Assembly (NCBI GenBank): GCA_051294375.1
Contig: CM119269.1
Coordinates: 7,062,430-7,126,429 of the forward strand
DNA length: 64,000 nucleotides
Origin: Paraspadella gotoi
Lineage: Eukaryota > Animalia > Chaetognatha
Direction of reading: 5' to 3'
The notes under the pieces were generated by a model that was given only the letters and a program-made list of their open reading frames with translations, had not been told where the DNA came from and did no database searches. This document shows positions 38,970 through 53,542 of this stretch, in pieces; positions within the stretch are counted from its first letter, which is position 1; each line of letters begins with the position of its first letter. The position numbers and the translations under genes are program-made.

Positions 38970-39793
38970 TCCTCGGGGTCGTCGTCTTCATAGTCGTCGT
39001 CGTCGTTTTGTTCGTAAAAACAAAAACCGAAAAAAGAAAATAAAATAAAAATGCGCGATCTTTCGAACACAGATTCTTTTGTGTTGTTGTTCTGAAGCGA
39101 ATTCGAGCGAAATTGCGGCTTTGGGTGAGGAAAGAGCGAGGTAAGAGAAAATCGGCGGTAAGGGCATTCGAGGGATGGTGAGTGTTAAGTGAGGAAACAC
39201 CTGAAGAGGAATGGTATAGAAGGGGGGGGAAGGTGACGGGAAAGAGTCACATCAAATTATCTTGAATTTTGGAACGAAAACTCTGCAATGCAGGTTGTCA
39301 AGGAAACTACGCGTATTCTCGCGTTAGTAATTTGTATTAAATAATGAACGTTTTATCCACGACTAAAAATAAAATCAATATCGCACTTTGTTTGTTTTTG
39401 TGTCATCTCAAGAGGCGCGGTGTAAATGGGAGTCGCACGCACGGCGACTCGTTCGTGCACGAAGGAATTGCCAGAAGGATGCACGTCGGTCGTACGTGCG
39501 ATGGAATCGTTTGCGACGAAGAAAAAAAAAAGGCGGAATTTCGGACGATGGAAGACGGAATAATTTTATCGTCCACTTTATCCTCATTTTATCTCTTCTG
39601 ATTCTCAGTTTTCATCCTCTCATCCTCTCTAGTCCTCTTCCTCATTTTTCATTCGTCCTTCTTGATTCCAATTCTTAACATTTCATCCTCTCATGATCTT
39701 TCATTCTTATCCTTTCATCTTCGATTCTCATCCTCTCATCCTCTGATTTTCATCCTCTCATTTACCAGTTCATTATTTCATTCTCAGTATTTC
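38970..39793 (+). repeat. ~830 bp segment duplicated at 41120-41970
   Basis: Near-identical sequence, and both copies abut N gaps. Confidence 0.9.
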
Positions 39794-42700
39794 NNNNNNN
39801 NNNNNNNNNNNNNNNNNNAGACATGATTTTAGGCGACATTCAAGAGTGTTCAATACAATAATGTCTCGCTTTTTCTAATAGAAAAATGACCGTGTGACCT
39901 TAAAATTCGAACGTTGGAGACTTAATATTTGCCACGTTGCGAGTTACAGAAGAGAGAGAGAGAGAGAGAGATCATGGGGAGTGTCGTCCGCACATCCCCC
40001 CGGCGAGAGACACAGTTCCGGTTAGATCTTGTATGCGCCAGGGTGGAGGGTGGAATTCTCTTGCTCGCAGGGATTTGGGAGTGATTTCGCTTACTCAAAT
40101 AGCGCCGCTCATTGATGCCGCCGTAGTTTTAGCGATTCCTCTCTTTATGATTGAATTCGTCAACTAGAACAAAATCTCCATCGATCGAGAAATCTCTATT
40201 TATTCTCCATCTCAGATCAACGATGTTTCATCGCCCTTCGCGTCTTCTCTAACGAAAGAGCGAATATCTCCGAGTACTCCGTTTCCGTTCGCGAGTGACA
40301 CCAAAAAAATCTTTCCTATACTTTAAATATTTGATAAATATAATTATAAGTATATCGTTAGTTGGAGAACTACTGGACGTTTTTTATGTATAAGTTTCAT
40401 TTCATGTTTGATTCATTTACTATTCTATATTAAATTTTTTATCTAACCCAGTAAAATTGGCGAAAAAAAACTATTTTAGACCTGTTCTTGATTGCATTAA
40501 AGAAAAATATTACATCATAAGAAATCCCTATTAATGGCTGAATCAATGTTTTACTTAGAAACGGTTCTGTATTCATTCGTTTTTATGACCAAATCTGAAA
40601 GTTATTTCTACGAGTTTCTAAACTTTTTTTCCTATTTTCTTTCATTAAACATACATTTTGAGCATCTTGTCAACTCATTTTNNNNNNNNNNNNNNNNNNN
40701 NNNNNNNNNNNNNNNNNNNNNNNNNNNNNNNNNNNNNNNNNNNNNNNNNNNNNNNNNNNNNNNNNNNNNNNNNNNNNNNNNNNNNNNNNNNNNNNNNNNN
40801 NNNNNNNNNNNNNNNNNNNNNNNNNNNNNNNNNNNNNNNNNNNNNNNNNNNNNNNNNNNNNNNNNNNNNNNNNNNNNNNNNNNNNNNNNNNNNNNNNNNN
40901 NNNNNNNNNNNNNNNNNNNNNNNNNNNNNNNNNNNNNNNNNNNNNNNNNNNNNNNNNNNNNNNNNNNNNNNNNNNNNNNNNNNNNNNNNNNNNNNNNNNN
41001 NNNNNNNNNNNNNNNNNNNNNNNNNNNNNNNNNNNNNNATTTTCATTGCTTAACTGAGAAACAACTTTTTATTAAATACAAATAAAACTAAAATTCGANN
41101 NNNNNNNNTTCGATCACTGTGGGGTCGTCGTCTTCATAGTCGTCGTCGTCGTTTTGTTCGTAAAAACAAAAACCGAAAAAAAGAAAATAAAATAAAAATG
41201 CGCGATCTTCGAACACAGATTCTTTTGTTGTTGTTGTTCTGAAGCGAATTCGAGCGAAATTGCGGCTTTGGGTGAGGCAAAGAGCGAGGGTAAGAAAAAT
41301 CGGGGTAAGGGGCATTCGAGGGATGGTGAGTGTTTAGTGAGGAAACACCTGAAGAGGAATGGTATAGAAGGGGGGGGGGGAAGGTGACGGGAAAGAGTCA
41401 CATCAAATTATCTTGAATTTGGAGACGAAAACTCTGCAATGCAGGGTTGTCAAGGAAACTACGCGTATTCTCGGTTAGTAATTTGTATTAAATAATGAAC
41501 GTTTTATCCACGACTAAAAATAAAATCAATATCGCACTTTGTTTGTTTTTTGTGTCATCTCAAGAGGCGCGTGTAAATGGCGAGTCGCACGCACGCGACT
41601 CGTTCGTGCACGAAGGAATTGCCAGAAGGATGCACGTCGGTCGTACGTGCGATGGAATCGTTTGCGACCGAAGAAAAAAAAGGCGGAATTTCGGACGATG
41701 GAAGACGGAATAATTTTATCGTCCACTACATTTCATCCTCTTTTCTGATTCTCATCCTCTGATTCTCAGTTTTTCATCCTCTCATCCTCTGATTCTCATC
41801 CTCTCATCCTCAGTTTTTCATTCTCTCGTCCTCTGATTCCAATTCTTAACATTTCATCCTCTCATGATCTTTCAATTCTTATCCTTTCATCTTCCGATTC
41901 TCATCCTCTCATCCTCTGATTTTCATCCTCTCATTTTTACCAGTTCATTATTTCATTCTCAGTATTTCATCCTCTCATCCCCAATTCTGATCCCCTACCT
42001 TCATCTTCTTTCTTTTTCGAGAAAGATATTAAAGAAACGAGTTTTTTGGGGGGGAAAACAGAAGCGATAAATCAAAGATGGCGGAAGAAGGTAAAAGAAG
42101 GGGAAGGGGAGCGGAGATAAGAAGCGGAGAGAGAAAAGGAGCAAAAGTGGAGCTGACGAAAGTTAAAGGAGCAGAAGTGATTAATCAAAGATGGTAATAT
42201 GAGAAAGGAAAAAAAGAAGAGGAGCAAAGAGCGGAAGTTGAAAAAGAGAGAAGTTAAAGATAAAGGATAGAGGAAAGAGAAGTGGAAGGGGAGCAAAAAA
42301 AAGAGATAAAGAGCGGATGTGAAGCGGAAGTAAAGCGGATGTGAAGCGGAAGTAAAGCGGAGGTGGAGCGGACGAAAATGAAGAGGATGTAGCAGACGTT
42401 TTTATCAAATTTATTCCTTTAAAATATAGACCAAATTTCTACTAAGAATGAGAAGAGAGCCATATAAAATAAACCCGGAAGATCCTTCCCACTCGAACGC
42501 TAAAATCCAGGTGAAGGGAATAAAAAATACATTACGCAAATTGTTTCGGCAAAGAAAACAACCATTTTTATGCCGGAAAGAAACAAGGGAAAGTTTTAAG
42601 ACTTTTGGTCGGCGACTCTGCTGAAAAGGTTTCTCTTTAAAATGGGTTTCTTCATAAGTACTACAGCATTGAAATACTTTGTGCTTTCAAATGACTTTAT

Positions 42701-44495
42701 CTGTCCAACAGGCGTCTGAGAAGGAACGAACGATGTAAAGAAGGTACGAACGAACGATGGAACGGAGCTTCTTACAAACAAAATAAGGAACTAGCGAAAT
42801 AATGAAAGAACGAACGCCTCTTTTAATCTCGGCTGTAATTAAAAGGGAGTCTCGAGTTTTAAGAAAATTCCTCGTCAATTTTGTATTCAACATTTAATCC
42901 GCCTGAGGCTGAGATTCTCCTCTTCATATTTTTTTCCTTTAATCTCGTTTCATCTAATTTAATTTTTTATTTTAATTTTAAGCTTCTCTTTCTTCTTTCT
43001 CGTTTCTTTCTTTCTTTTCTTTTCTTCTTTCTTTTCTTTTCTTTTCTTTTCTTGGTCTTGTCTTGTCTTGTCTTGTTTCTTGTTCTTGATCTTGTCTTGT
43101 CTTCTGTCTTTCTGTTTCTTTTTCTTTCTTGTCTTGTCTTGTCTTTCTTTTCTTTCTTTTCTTTCTTTTCTTTCTTTTCTTTTCTTTTCTTTCTTTTCTT
43201 TTCTTTTCTTTTCTTTCTTTTCTTTTCTTTTCATTTCTTTCCTTTCCTTTTTTTTTTCCATATTATTTTTCTTGGAATTTTATTATTTTCTTTTCTTTTC
43301 TTTTCTATTCATTTAATCTTTCCAGTTTCTTCTCTACGTCTTCTTTATACATCTCCTCCTCACTATGTTCCATTTCCCCCCCCCCGATTATACCGGCTCC
43401 GCTTTTTCTTCTATTGCTCTCTTCCTTCCATCCTCCTCCTCCTTTCCTTTCCTCCGAGACTGGAAAACTGAAGAGGAAAGGAGATTTTTATCTCGACTTT
43501 TGACGAGAAGGAAAATAAAAAAACCGAAAAAGGAAAGGAAGGAACGCGCGTCTCTTCTTCCTTTCTTCCTTTCTTTTTTTTCCCTCCTCACTTTTTTTTC
43601 GAGGCTTTTGTTATTGTTATTGTTTTCCTCGTATCGTTCGCTCGTTAGGAGTCGCTTTCGCGTAAACAACGAATCGGTTTTCTTTGTCGTCTTCGGTTTT
43701 TCTTGATGAAAAGAAAAAGTCGAGGAAATAAAATAATATTTATTGAAAAAATGTGTGAAAATAAGAAAAAAATAATAGTATATGTAAAATATCGATAGTA
43801 AAGTTACTTTTTTCGAATTCCTCGCTAGAAATCAAGAACAGGAAATATACGTAATATAATCGTGAGTTGAATAGCTGCTCCGTCTATTATTTTCACAAGA
43901 AAGCGCCGATAGATAACCCTCCCATTAGAAAATTAAATATTTAAAACGTTTTACTTAAATCTCAAAGCTTACTTACGACTTAATTAGATATTTAACTTTT
44001 AAGAATCTTAAAATGTCTTTCTCAAGCTACAAGTTTAATTTTAATAAACATACATTTCGAAAGACAATTTAAATAAACAAATTTTGAATTTATTTGTATG
44101 CAATCATCAAACAGAAAAACTAAAACTCAAATCAAAGGCAAAATTGTTCTTGCTTCCAGCACAGTTGTCTCATAATGAAAAAAGATATTTCATATCATAA
44201 TTTTTTTTCTCTGTTTAAGAATATCTGGCGTGAACATTGGGCTGACTTTCCTCTTTTAGCTAAATGCTAATTGTTTTAAATATTATATCTGAATATAGAA
44301 CGCGATTTTATTAACTTTAACTACATATTTTTTTTCTTTTTTTAATTAATTCTTTTTTTTTTCGTTCCCGCTCGTTTCAATTCTGGAGAATTGGTAAAAA
44401 ATTTTTTGCATTCCAAGTGGATATTATGAATTCACGTAATTAAGACATTAAGGCGCCAATTTCAAAAGCGGAACCCACGTTGTCTTTAATGGAAA

Positions 44496-44553
<58 letters not shown>

Positions 44554-44983
44554 TTAATCTAATATTCCCATGATCAAGTCAACGCCCGGAACCACTGGCG
44601 CTCCTGGCTTGATGCTATTTTTAGATAACCACTTATTCGGAGGAATGCCTTGAACTATCCAAAAAGAATTAATCAACTTGAAATTATTTTAAAAAATCGT
44701 TAAAAGTCAAGAATGACTCTTTTCATAGGTTTACAATAAAGATGAACCGGCGAGAATCTATGTAAATAATAAAATTATACATAGGACATATAGAAAAAGT
44801 TAAGCAAAATAATTGAGAATAATTTTTTTTTATTCTTTTAATCATACTTATACGGTACATATCTTACCGAATCGTGATATATCCCTTCTGATCACGCGCC
44901 GAAGAATTTGGAAGGAAAGAAGAAGTCAGAAGGACCCATGAAGTTTGACCTCTGACCTTCTCCTCTTAACCTTCCATCTAGCA

Positions 44984-45021
<38 letters not shown>

Positions 45022-45324
45022 TTTACTGCGTTTTCTTGCTGAATTTTCTTGGTTGCGTCAACGTCGTCGTCTTCCTTGTTTTTCTCCCACTTTGTTTTTG
45101 TTTTCTTTGTTTCCTTTGTTTTTTAAGTAGCATAAAGTAACCATATTGTCCTTGTCGTCCTCATATTGTCGTCGTTGTCATTGTTGCTGTCGTTTTCTTC
45201 GTTGTCATAGACTTTAATGATAATGCCAGAGAGAATCCCGATGAAGATTAGCGATGTCATCTTTGTCGTCATCCCCCTTTTTATTGTCGTTTTTTTTGTC
45301 ATCATTTCTATCTCCGTCCTCCTC

Positions 45325-45600
45325 GGCTTTGTCATCTTTTTCCTTTCGTTGTCGTCGTATTTTTCTTCTCTCTTCGCCTTCGTCTCCCTTTCCTTTGTCA
45401 TCTTTTTCCTTTCGTCTGTCTCGTCTTTTTCTTCTCTCTTCGCCTCGTCTCCCTTTCCTTTGTCATCTTTTTCCTTTCGTTGTCTTCGTCTTTTTCTTCT
45501 CTCTTCGCCTTCGTCTCCCTTTCCTTTGTCATCTTTTTCCTTTCGTTGTCGTCGTCTTATTCTTCTCTCTTCGTCTTCGTCTCCCTTTCCTTTGTCATCG
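45325..45600. repeat. ~68 bp pyrimidine-rich tandem repeat in 4 copies
   Basis: ctttgtcatctttttcctttcgttgtc..ttcttctctcttcgccttcgtctccctttc is repeated. Confidence 0.85.
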
Positions 45601-46571
45601 TCGTTTTCGTCGGTTTCTTTTTCTTTGTAGTCATTTTGTCATCATCTTCATCCTCATCTTCTTCCTCGTCGCCTATCGTCCTCGTCGTCGTCGTTGTCGT
45701 CGCCATTTTGAAGAAAGATGGCGCGGAAGTAAGAGGCAGTCGGAAATTCCATCATCAAGGAGTCGCTTCCCTTAATCCGTTTAGTCGCGAGTGATTAATC
45801 ACCTTCATTGTTTTGTTTTGTTTTGTTTTTTTTTTTTTAGCAAGATCTTCATTTACTTTTTCCGAAATATAACAGTTATAAACCTAGAAAAACCTTTTCG
45901 TTAGTAAAGATTTGTTATGTTATATTAATCTTAATCTTAGACTTATTAAAAAAAAGCAATTTGTCTTTAACTTTGTTTGTATTTAATTTAATTTAATTCC
46001 GTGACCAAATAATAGGTTTTGAAATCATTTTTTACAAATGTGTTTTTTTTATTAAATAATTAATTGTACCGAGCTTCCACACTGCGTCTACGTATGTAGT
46101 GAATCATATTCGTCGCTGGCATCGATTTTTGCTTGGAGGTGGAATCTTTACATTTTGAATTATTTTATAAAGTCGTTTACGTGTGATTTTAGTGACATTT
46201 TACGCGCCATTTTATCCATATTGACGCGCCATTATAGCGACATTTACGCGCCATTTTAGCGACATTGACGCGCCATTTTCCGGTCATTCACGCACCTTTT
46301 CCAGTCAAAAAGGAGATGAGCCTTTCTCCCTCGAATCAGCAAAGGTTGAACGCGTTAACGGTTGGCTGCGGTTAAGGGGCGTTAACGGGCGTTAACGGGC
46401 GTTAACGGGAGTTTATAGGTGATATCGATAAAAAGTCTTAACGATTTTTTTTTCCTCCGTTGCGCTGCTAAAGACAGGAGAGTAAGAGAACAATAAGCAA
46501 CATGTAGCATAGAGCAACTGATCGATAATCAAGGAAGAGAAAATACCGTCTGTGTTAGAAAAAGCAAGCAG

Positions 46572-46603
<32 letters not shown>

Positions 46604-49203
46604 TGAGGAAGAGAGAGGAGAGAGAGAGAGAGGAGAGAGAGGAGGAGAGAGAGAGACCGAGAGAGATGATGAAGAGAGAGAGAGAGAGAGAGAGAGAAAT
46701 CGACTTTCGTTAGTTTGTTACTGTTTTAATCAGACTTACCACAACAAAGCTTTTATCCTCAATAGGGATACTTAACGCTTTATTACGTCGCCGATCGCCC
46801 TCTAAATCTCTCTATTATTGATTCGTGCTTAGCAATACCTAACGCTGTTTAGCATCGCGAGTCATCCTAAAAGTTTCCCTCCAAGAAAAGGACTTGAATA
46901 GTGCTTATGAGATTTTATCTTCATATACGTACAATATACGCGCCCATATACGCGCCAATTTTTGTCACTTTGAATTTCAGCTTCTTTACTATCACAAGTT
47001 TCATCTAATTTCGAGCCCTTTTTAACTTCACAACTTCTGGCGCCTCCTCACGTCAAACAAAACCACCTCAAGGTCACGTGATGAGGTTACAAATCCGAAA
47101 AATCGACAATGGAACTATGCAATTCTAAAAACTTTCTCGATAATTGGTTCGCAACTGACAGATTCATTGGAGTTCCTGAATTTTAAAGTCGCTGTCACTG
47201 CCGCATACTCTAACAGCGACGTCACCACTGGTACAATTCCCGAGCATAAGGTCACTGACCCACAGATCAAGTTTTACCAAGCGACCAATGCACCTTGGTC
47301 CTTCTATCAAGCAAGAACCAATCTCCTTCTTCGGATTTCTCGGAAATCCGAAATTCCCGATTCCATTTCTCTCTCTTCTCTCGACGTCCTTTCCTTTTTT
47401 CACTCAACTGCCCCCGAACCATCTGCCCCACTTTTTCTGCTCCATCTTTCCGCTCCACCTTCCCCATCTTTCCGCTCCACCTGCCCCACCTCCCATCCTC
47501 GCCGCGCAAAGCAAATCCACGCGAAAAGAGTTTTGTGTCGAAGTCACGTGCGTCTTTTGTTTGTTTTACTCCATTTCTAGTTTCCTTTGGCGGCCGCAAA
47601 CGTCACTACCGTCGTCGCCGCTGCAGCCGCCGCCTCTGACGCCGCTGACGCCGCCGCCGACGTAAATAACGGCCCCACCCTAATAGCCCCTGGACGCCGA
47701 TCTCCTGGCCAATTTTTTTTTCCTCCCCGCGGATAAAGATTCTTGTTCAGTAGTTAACGTTACCATTTTTTTTTTTGATAATTAATTATTATATAAATTT
47801 ACTACCTCTCCCTTTTTTTTAAATCTCCTTTCCTTTTTTTTTCTTCCTCACTCTCCTTTCCTTTCCCCCCCCCCTTTTTTTTCCGTGATTTAATGGTCCC
47901 TGTTGATCACCTGCCCGCGCTCAGGTTTCACTACCTTTCCTTTCCTCCTCTTCCTCCTCCTTTCCACTAATAACTTTTATGGGGGGAATTTTTTTCTCTC
48001 CTTCCGTCTTATTATGTTTGATTTGGCCCAAAGACCGGGATTGCTTTCTCCTGGGCGTGACAGACCTCTTATTGCGCCAGTCCTACCTTTGATGCCACTT
48101 CGGTAAAAGCGCCATTTTGTTATAAAGTGGGTCAGCTTTCGGCATTTAACTCTCCATAAATTCCGCGTTTTTATTATAAAAATAAAATCGATGACCAGGA
48201 TCGAACCCCTAGACCTTTTAGGTTCGGCAAAAAAATATCGTACCTCGTGGGATTTCTTAGAATTCACAAACCAAAATCTCCGGCGCGGCCGACGATGGCC
48301 GAGTGACGACGCGCGTATAAAAACCGACGTTTTCGCCGACATTTTGCCCGACAATTTTGAACGAAATATATAAGATTTGGTTGATGTTTATTTTTATTTT
48401 GTCCATCACTCAGCGAGCGAGAACGGAAATGGCCTCACCACCAACGTCTGTGGCCTCAGCTCACCCTCGGCCGTTAGATGTCTCTATGGATATATCGCGA
48501 CCATAGCTTTCTCTATTTGCGGAGAGAGAGAGAGAGAGGAGAGAGACGAGAGAGACGACGAGAGAGAGAGAGAGAGAGAGATAGTGTGCTTTCATAACGG
48601 TTGAGCTCATGTCTTTCCCCTCAAGAATCGGGTGGTTTAATGTCAAGCAGAAGTCAATGTGTCATTTGTGTCAAATGGGAATCGAGAGATGCATCTGTCC
48701 CGACCTCTTGGTGCCAGACTTCAATTTGAATTGTCACCTTTTTTTTTTTTTTTAAGTAGATTCTCAGAATATTTTCAAATGAAATGTTAACCATTATTTT
48801 AATAAGGAGGAACGATTTTCGTTACAACTGCTCTCAATTGGTCAATGGTCATGCAAAATGCCACTGTTGAAATAAAAACCCCAATGTGCCGATAAAATTT
48901 ACATTTTATGGCTTATAAGACCTTTCGTTTAGTATTAAACTAAACTTAACGCAGTCTTCCGCCGTCGTCATTCTGTATTTGTGTCAGTCTGTCACTTTTT
49001 AAACCTTGTCGAATCCTTTAGGGCATCATTTCCTCACAAACTTCCTTAATAGTCGCTCACCCCGGGTCGCCCTGTGAACCCCTTGGATTTGATTCACCAT
49101 TCTCACCGCGCCTCACCCTTTCCTTACTCTTTTTTTTTTCTGGCGAAAGACGATTTCGCTGAGATTTTTTGACGAACGTTGACGCCGAGTTTTGGTGAGA
49201 ATT

Positions 49204-49298
<95 letters not shown>

Positions 49299-49439
49299 AG
49301 GCTGGTGTCACAGGACGGAATCGGGACGTGAAGACGCGAACGTGGATAAGTGAGTATCAACGCGATGTTGATATGTCACATCGTATCACGATTGTAAAGA
49401 AGAGATGTCACATGTGACAATATTGGCAATATTTCTTAC

Positions 49440-49572
49440 ACAAGTTCGAGCAAACAATGTCGGTAATCAGCTAATCAGATGATAAATCACGATAATTCTT
49501 TCAATTTGTGATCCTAAATGATCATAACGGATCGTACCATACCAAACCAGTGGCTGCGCTAATACATGTACA
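49440..49572 (-). mobile_element. Terminal fragment of the same DINE-like family (other fragments at ~12455, 15105, 33505, 34035, 34927, 51440 and 55290-55656)
   Basis: Shares acaagtt.gagcaaacaatgtcgg and aaccagtggctgcgc.aatacatgta. Confidence 0.65.
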
Positions 49573-50635
49573 CATTGTACACATTGTACAGGGCTGGGAC
49601 CCTATATACCCTATAAACTTAACGTCCTGCCCTGTCTGAATGATTTGATACACAATAATAAAATCAGTGGCAAGAGTTTTTTTGGGCTTTTTACTTTTAT
49701 ATACATTAAAAAAAATTTAGGCAACTACAATGCATCGTGGATGTTTTCAAAACATTGTCGTTTTTATGCCCGCGCATTGTATTGCATACGATAAAAGTAT
49801 TAAAAGCCATATTTGTTAATATCTTTCAGTGGTCGTTTCTGAACATCTTCAATATCTTCAATTCACCACATTTTAACCTTTTCATCACTATCCAAATTAA
49901 ACCTATTTTATTTTTTTAGGTCAGTAAAACAAAATTTTAGGAAGATTATAACGAATATGCTTAAATTGTCAACAACTTTATGTATTTCTTACCTTTTTAA
50001 CGCTTTTATCATGCATTAAGAAATTTTTCATTATGAATTTAATTATGTGAAAATATCGTTAACAAATTTCTTGATAAAAGTAAGTTTTAATAAAAATTAA
50101 ACCACAAATCTTACCTGCTTACTTTAAATTTATTTTAACCAAAATACCATATACACACCTTGCCAGAAGCATTATTATACTAAAGTACTTCCAAAAATAT
50201 TTTTAACTGGTATGTTTTAGAATAAGATTAAACAGTGAGTATTCAAACATTTTTCTTCTAAACCGCGCCGAGAAAACCGAGCAGTTGCCTTTGCTGCATC
50301 AAAAAAAGCAAAATATATCAAAGAATTTGTTAGCCCGGTGGCCACCTCGAAGTTAAGCTTAAGGGACTGCTTATATTGAACGGTTCTGTCACTAACATAT
50401 AACAATAATTACTGTCTCTTCAATTTATTTATTTATGATTTTTTAAACTTTCACATTTTTTTAACTCACTTAATTTTTTCAACTTGCATCATTTTTTCAA
50501 CTCGCATCATTTTTTAAACTTGCATCATTTTTTAAACTTTTTCCCTTAGATTTGGGGTTTTTGAAAAAATTTAAAAAGTTATTAGAAGATTAGACGTCAT
50601 ATTTAAAAATAAACTCAGTTGTAGTGCGAGTGTTT

Positions 50636-51418
50636 CTAATAAATCAAAAAGGCACAAACGAGGGGAAATAGCAAAAAGAGAACGTTAAACTCATCGTAAT
50701 TATAGTATTTCTCTCGATCAATGCATTCGAGAAATTTGTCCAGATGCGTAAGCAATTTTTGTTCAAAACTCCCTGGTAAAAGTATGTATTGAAAATCATC
50801 AATAATAATATCGATTAAAAGAAAAAAAGGTGATTCCGCCGGAGTTTGATCTGACAGTGAAATACGTAATGATTCTATTTCATAACTATTTTTGTACAAA
50901 GACGAAAATGTGTCATAATTTGAGTCATTTTTTTCATCAGAGAATTTCAGCAAGATATAAAAGATAAAGTAAGAAAATGACGTTACTATTACAAATAATA
51001 CTTTTAAGTAATTTTTTTTATTTTTAAAATTTTGCGTGAGAACGAAAAATGTCCAAACGACGACGGGAACCGAGAAAATATTGTAAAAAAGGTAAATAGA
51101 TTCGCTCTTTTTTAACTGTAAAGATAATTGATGATAGAGATAATATCGAAAAAAGAAATATTCTTCACCGAAATAAGATTTGATTGAAAAATCATGTCGA
51201 ACTTTTTCTCGGTCATTTATCGAAGATAAACTGAACCAGGCCCCAAAGGGGATCAGCAAAGCCAACAGTCCCGTCGACATTATTGCAATTTTATCTTTCT
51301 CGCGCAAGATGTTCATGCGTTGTCCAGCGAAAGCCTCCAGAAACGATAGTAGAAATAATATAACGGCCCAGGTGTAGGCGAAATTTGTCAGCATTGTAAA
51401 ACTTCTGTACAGCCGCAT
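50636..51418 (-). CDS. Hydrophobic multi-pass membrane protein ORF or exon, family unassigned
   Basis: 260 open codons in non-repetitive AT-rich DNA, with several hydrophobic stretches, on the same strand as the XK-like ORF. Confidence 0.5.
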   Translation of the reverse strand: MRLYRSFTMLTNFAYTWAVILFLLSFLEAFAGQRMNILREKDKIAIMSTGLLALLIPFGAWFSLSSINDREKVRHDFSIKSYFGEEYFFFRYYLYHQLSLQLKKSESIYLFYNIFSVPVVVWTFFVLTQNFKNKKNYLKVLFVIVTSFSYFIFYILLKFSDEKNDSNYDTFSSLYKNSYEIESLRISLSDQTPAESPFFLLIDIIIDDFQYILLPGSFEQKLLTHLDKFLECIDREKYYNYDEFNVLFLLFPLVCAFLIY

Positions 51419-51508
51419 TTTTGAGATTAAGAGTTCGTTGAAACCAGTGGCTGCGCCAATACATGTAAATCACAAAAGGGTTTAAACTGAACTGTTACTG
51501 CGGTACTA

Positions 51509-52308
51509 CAGTCCTGCGCAAAAAAAAAACGCGCTACTTTATTTCAGACTTTAAAAATGAAGCACTCTCCCGCAAAGCTGAATTTAAAAAAATCTGATTG
51601 ATTTAAGATTAATCTTTATTTTTCTGATATTTTGCAATACTTAAAGTATATTAAAAATGAAAAAAAATTACACTGGACATCCGGAGGGATAGCTGGATAT
51701 CTGGATTGCCCCAAATACTCAAATATTAATCGTAAGGTTATTAAAACATATGATGAAAGACAGGTCCATGTTTCTGAAGCTTTTATACGCATTTCAAATG
51801 GCAGTGAAATGAAATGATCAAATACTGTACCTAAATTATCTGATATAGTAACTTCAGATTTTGTAGTTTTTTATGAAATTGGTACAACCAATATAAAAAT
51901 TATCCATTCATTTAATAAACAAGCTATCTTGCCCCTGACTTTGGACAGGCTTTGGTTGTTTAAGGCCTCCATCACTCTTACAAGTTAAGATATACAAGAT
52001 ATACAAAATATTTTTTAACTCCCAGTAGTCCAGCTTATTTACTTTCTTAGTTATGTGCCCATCAATGACATGATCAAATTTAAAAAAACATATTTTTTGC
52101 ATTGGAATAAATAGGACCTTCCTATTATAAGATATATTTTAATAAAAAAGAAAATGAAATGTTTTAAAATTTTGGTTCATCTTACAGATATATATAAACC
52201 ATTGGTAAGTCGCCTCAATTCCTTTTTTTTTTTTAAGATTTTTTTATATAATTTTGTGTGTCAGGAATTTAAAGTTATAAAGTGGCGCGTTTTTTTGCAC
52301 AGGGCTTT
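51509..52308. mobile_element. ~800 bp TA-flanked MITE (Tc1/mariner-type ends)
   Basis: The left end is ta-CAGTCCTGCGCAAAAAAAAAACGCGCTACTTTAT and the right end is ATAAAGTGGCGCGTTTTTTTGCACAGGGCTT-ta. It interrupts a DINE-like fragment whose uninterrupted form (..aactaataatattt) is seen near 12520. Confidence 0.7.
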
Positions 52309-52883
52309 AATAATATTTTATAAATAAAAACAATATTTTTTTGTTTTGATATATGATATATGATTAAAATTCTTTGATCCAGACATAGAATAAAAAATAG
52401 AATAAAATACAATATAATTTGAAAATATATTCTAATAAAAAATTTTTAAAAAATTGTTATTTTGTTGAAGAGCAGGTGTAAAAAGTTTCCCTCTTATTAG
52501 AGCCCTCTAGTATAAAAGGGTAAAACACCCAAAAAATTTAATTGGACTGTTCTTTTATTTCAGAAAAAAAAGATTAAAACCTATGGTAGATATACTTTAA
52601 CTAAATTTTATTGCTATTTTGTTTTTAAAAATGCTCTCTTGTTTGTACAGACATCTGGTTTATTAATACTAAAACATTTAAAAATTTGCTATTTTGTGTA
52701 AAGCAATGCAAGTGAAGATCTAGTGGGTGCAGACAAGAGCAAATTTCAATAGATAGTAAAGTTAAAATGCTCATAGTAGAGAAAGTAAGAGACAAATCCT
52801 CCTAGTAGGAAGGAAAAGTTATATAGACGAAAAAAAATTTGAAAAAAAAACACAAAAATTTCAGGGGTAAGTAAATCTAATAA

Positions 52884-53336
52884 CTAAAGTGATTTACAAG
52901 TAACGTTCTCGAAACAATCACGGATCCGGAAACTGCAATCAATAAATTTGGAATTGGAACTCAAAATTTCGTGCTTCTTTGTTGCAATCAAATTGACGAA
53001 ACAAATAGACAGTGAACCCAAAGCTGATACGACCAACAACACGAATTTTATAAACTGTTTTCTTGTGAGCAAAACAACGCTGACGTAACCAAATCCTAAA
53101 ACGATATCCAACTGCAAAGCTATCAGAATCGTTAAATGTTGTGGTTCCAGGAATTTGTAATTCCCCAACGCGTAAGTGAGGGGACGGTCGAAAAAGTCTG
53201 AATCGGGTTTTTTCTTGACAATTTTGTTGCAAGGAGGAAGTGGTTGAGATGGCATCATTTCTTCCCATCTCGCGTGATCAGTTAAACCATCTGTGATAAA
53301 ACAGTGATGAACTTTCTCGTTGTTCCTATGATGCAT
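52884..53336 (-). CDS. Probable exon encoding two hydrophobic segments
   Basis: 150 open codons, with a candidate acceptor ttttatcacag|AT at ~53290 and a candidate donor GTAAAT at ~52897. Linkage to neighbouring ORFs is not established. Confidence 0.45.
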   Translation of the reverse strand: MHHRNNEKVHHCFITDGLTDHARWEEMMPSQPLPPCNKIVKKKPDSDFFDRPLTYALGNYKFLEPQHLTILIALQLDIVLGFGYVSVVLLTRKQFIKFVLLVVSALGSLSICFVNLIATKKHEILSSNSKFIDCSFRIRDCFENVTCKSL

Positions 53337-53496
53337 TGAAAAAAAGAGTTATTGTCGACAAACATTGATTCCATATATATATATATTTTTAATCAAGATA
53401 GGTAGGTCATTCTTCGGGAAATTTGAGTGAAATATTTAAAAATATACTTTGTTATGATTCTTTCTTTTCGTTGCGTTTAAATTTAAGAAAATACTT

Positions 53497-53542
53497 AACC
53501 GCTGATGAAGACTCTCAAGACAGAGTCGAAACATGTCCGACT
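53497..53542 (+). ncRNA. Minimal type I hammerhead ribozyme motif (second family)
   Basis: CTGATGA-A-[GACTCT caagac AGAGTC]-GAAA-CATGTC-CG. The downstream 60 nt match the tail at 61551-61603. Confidence 0.8.
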
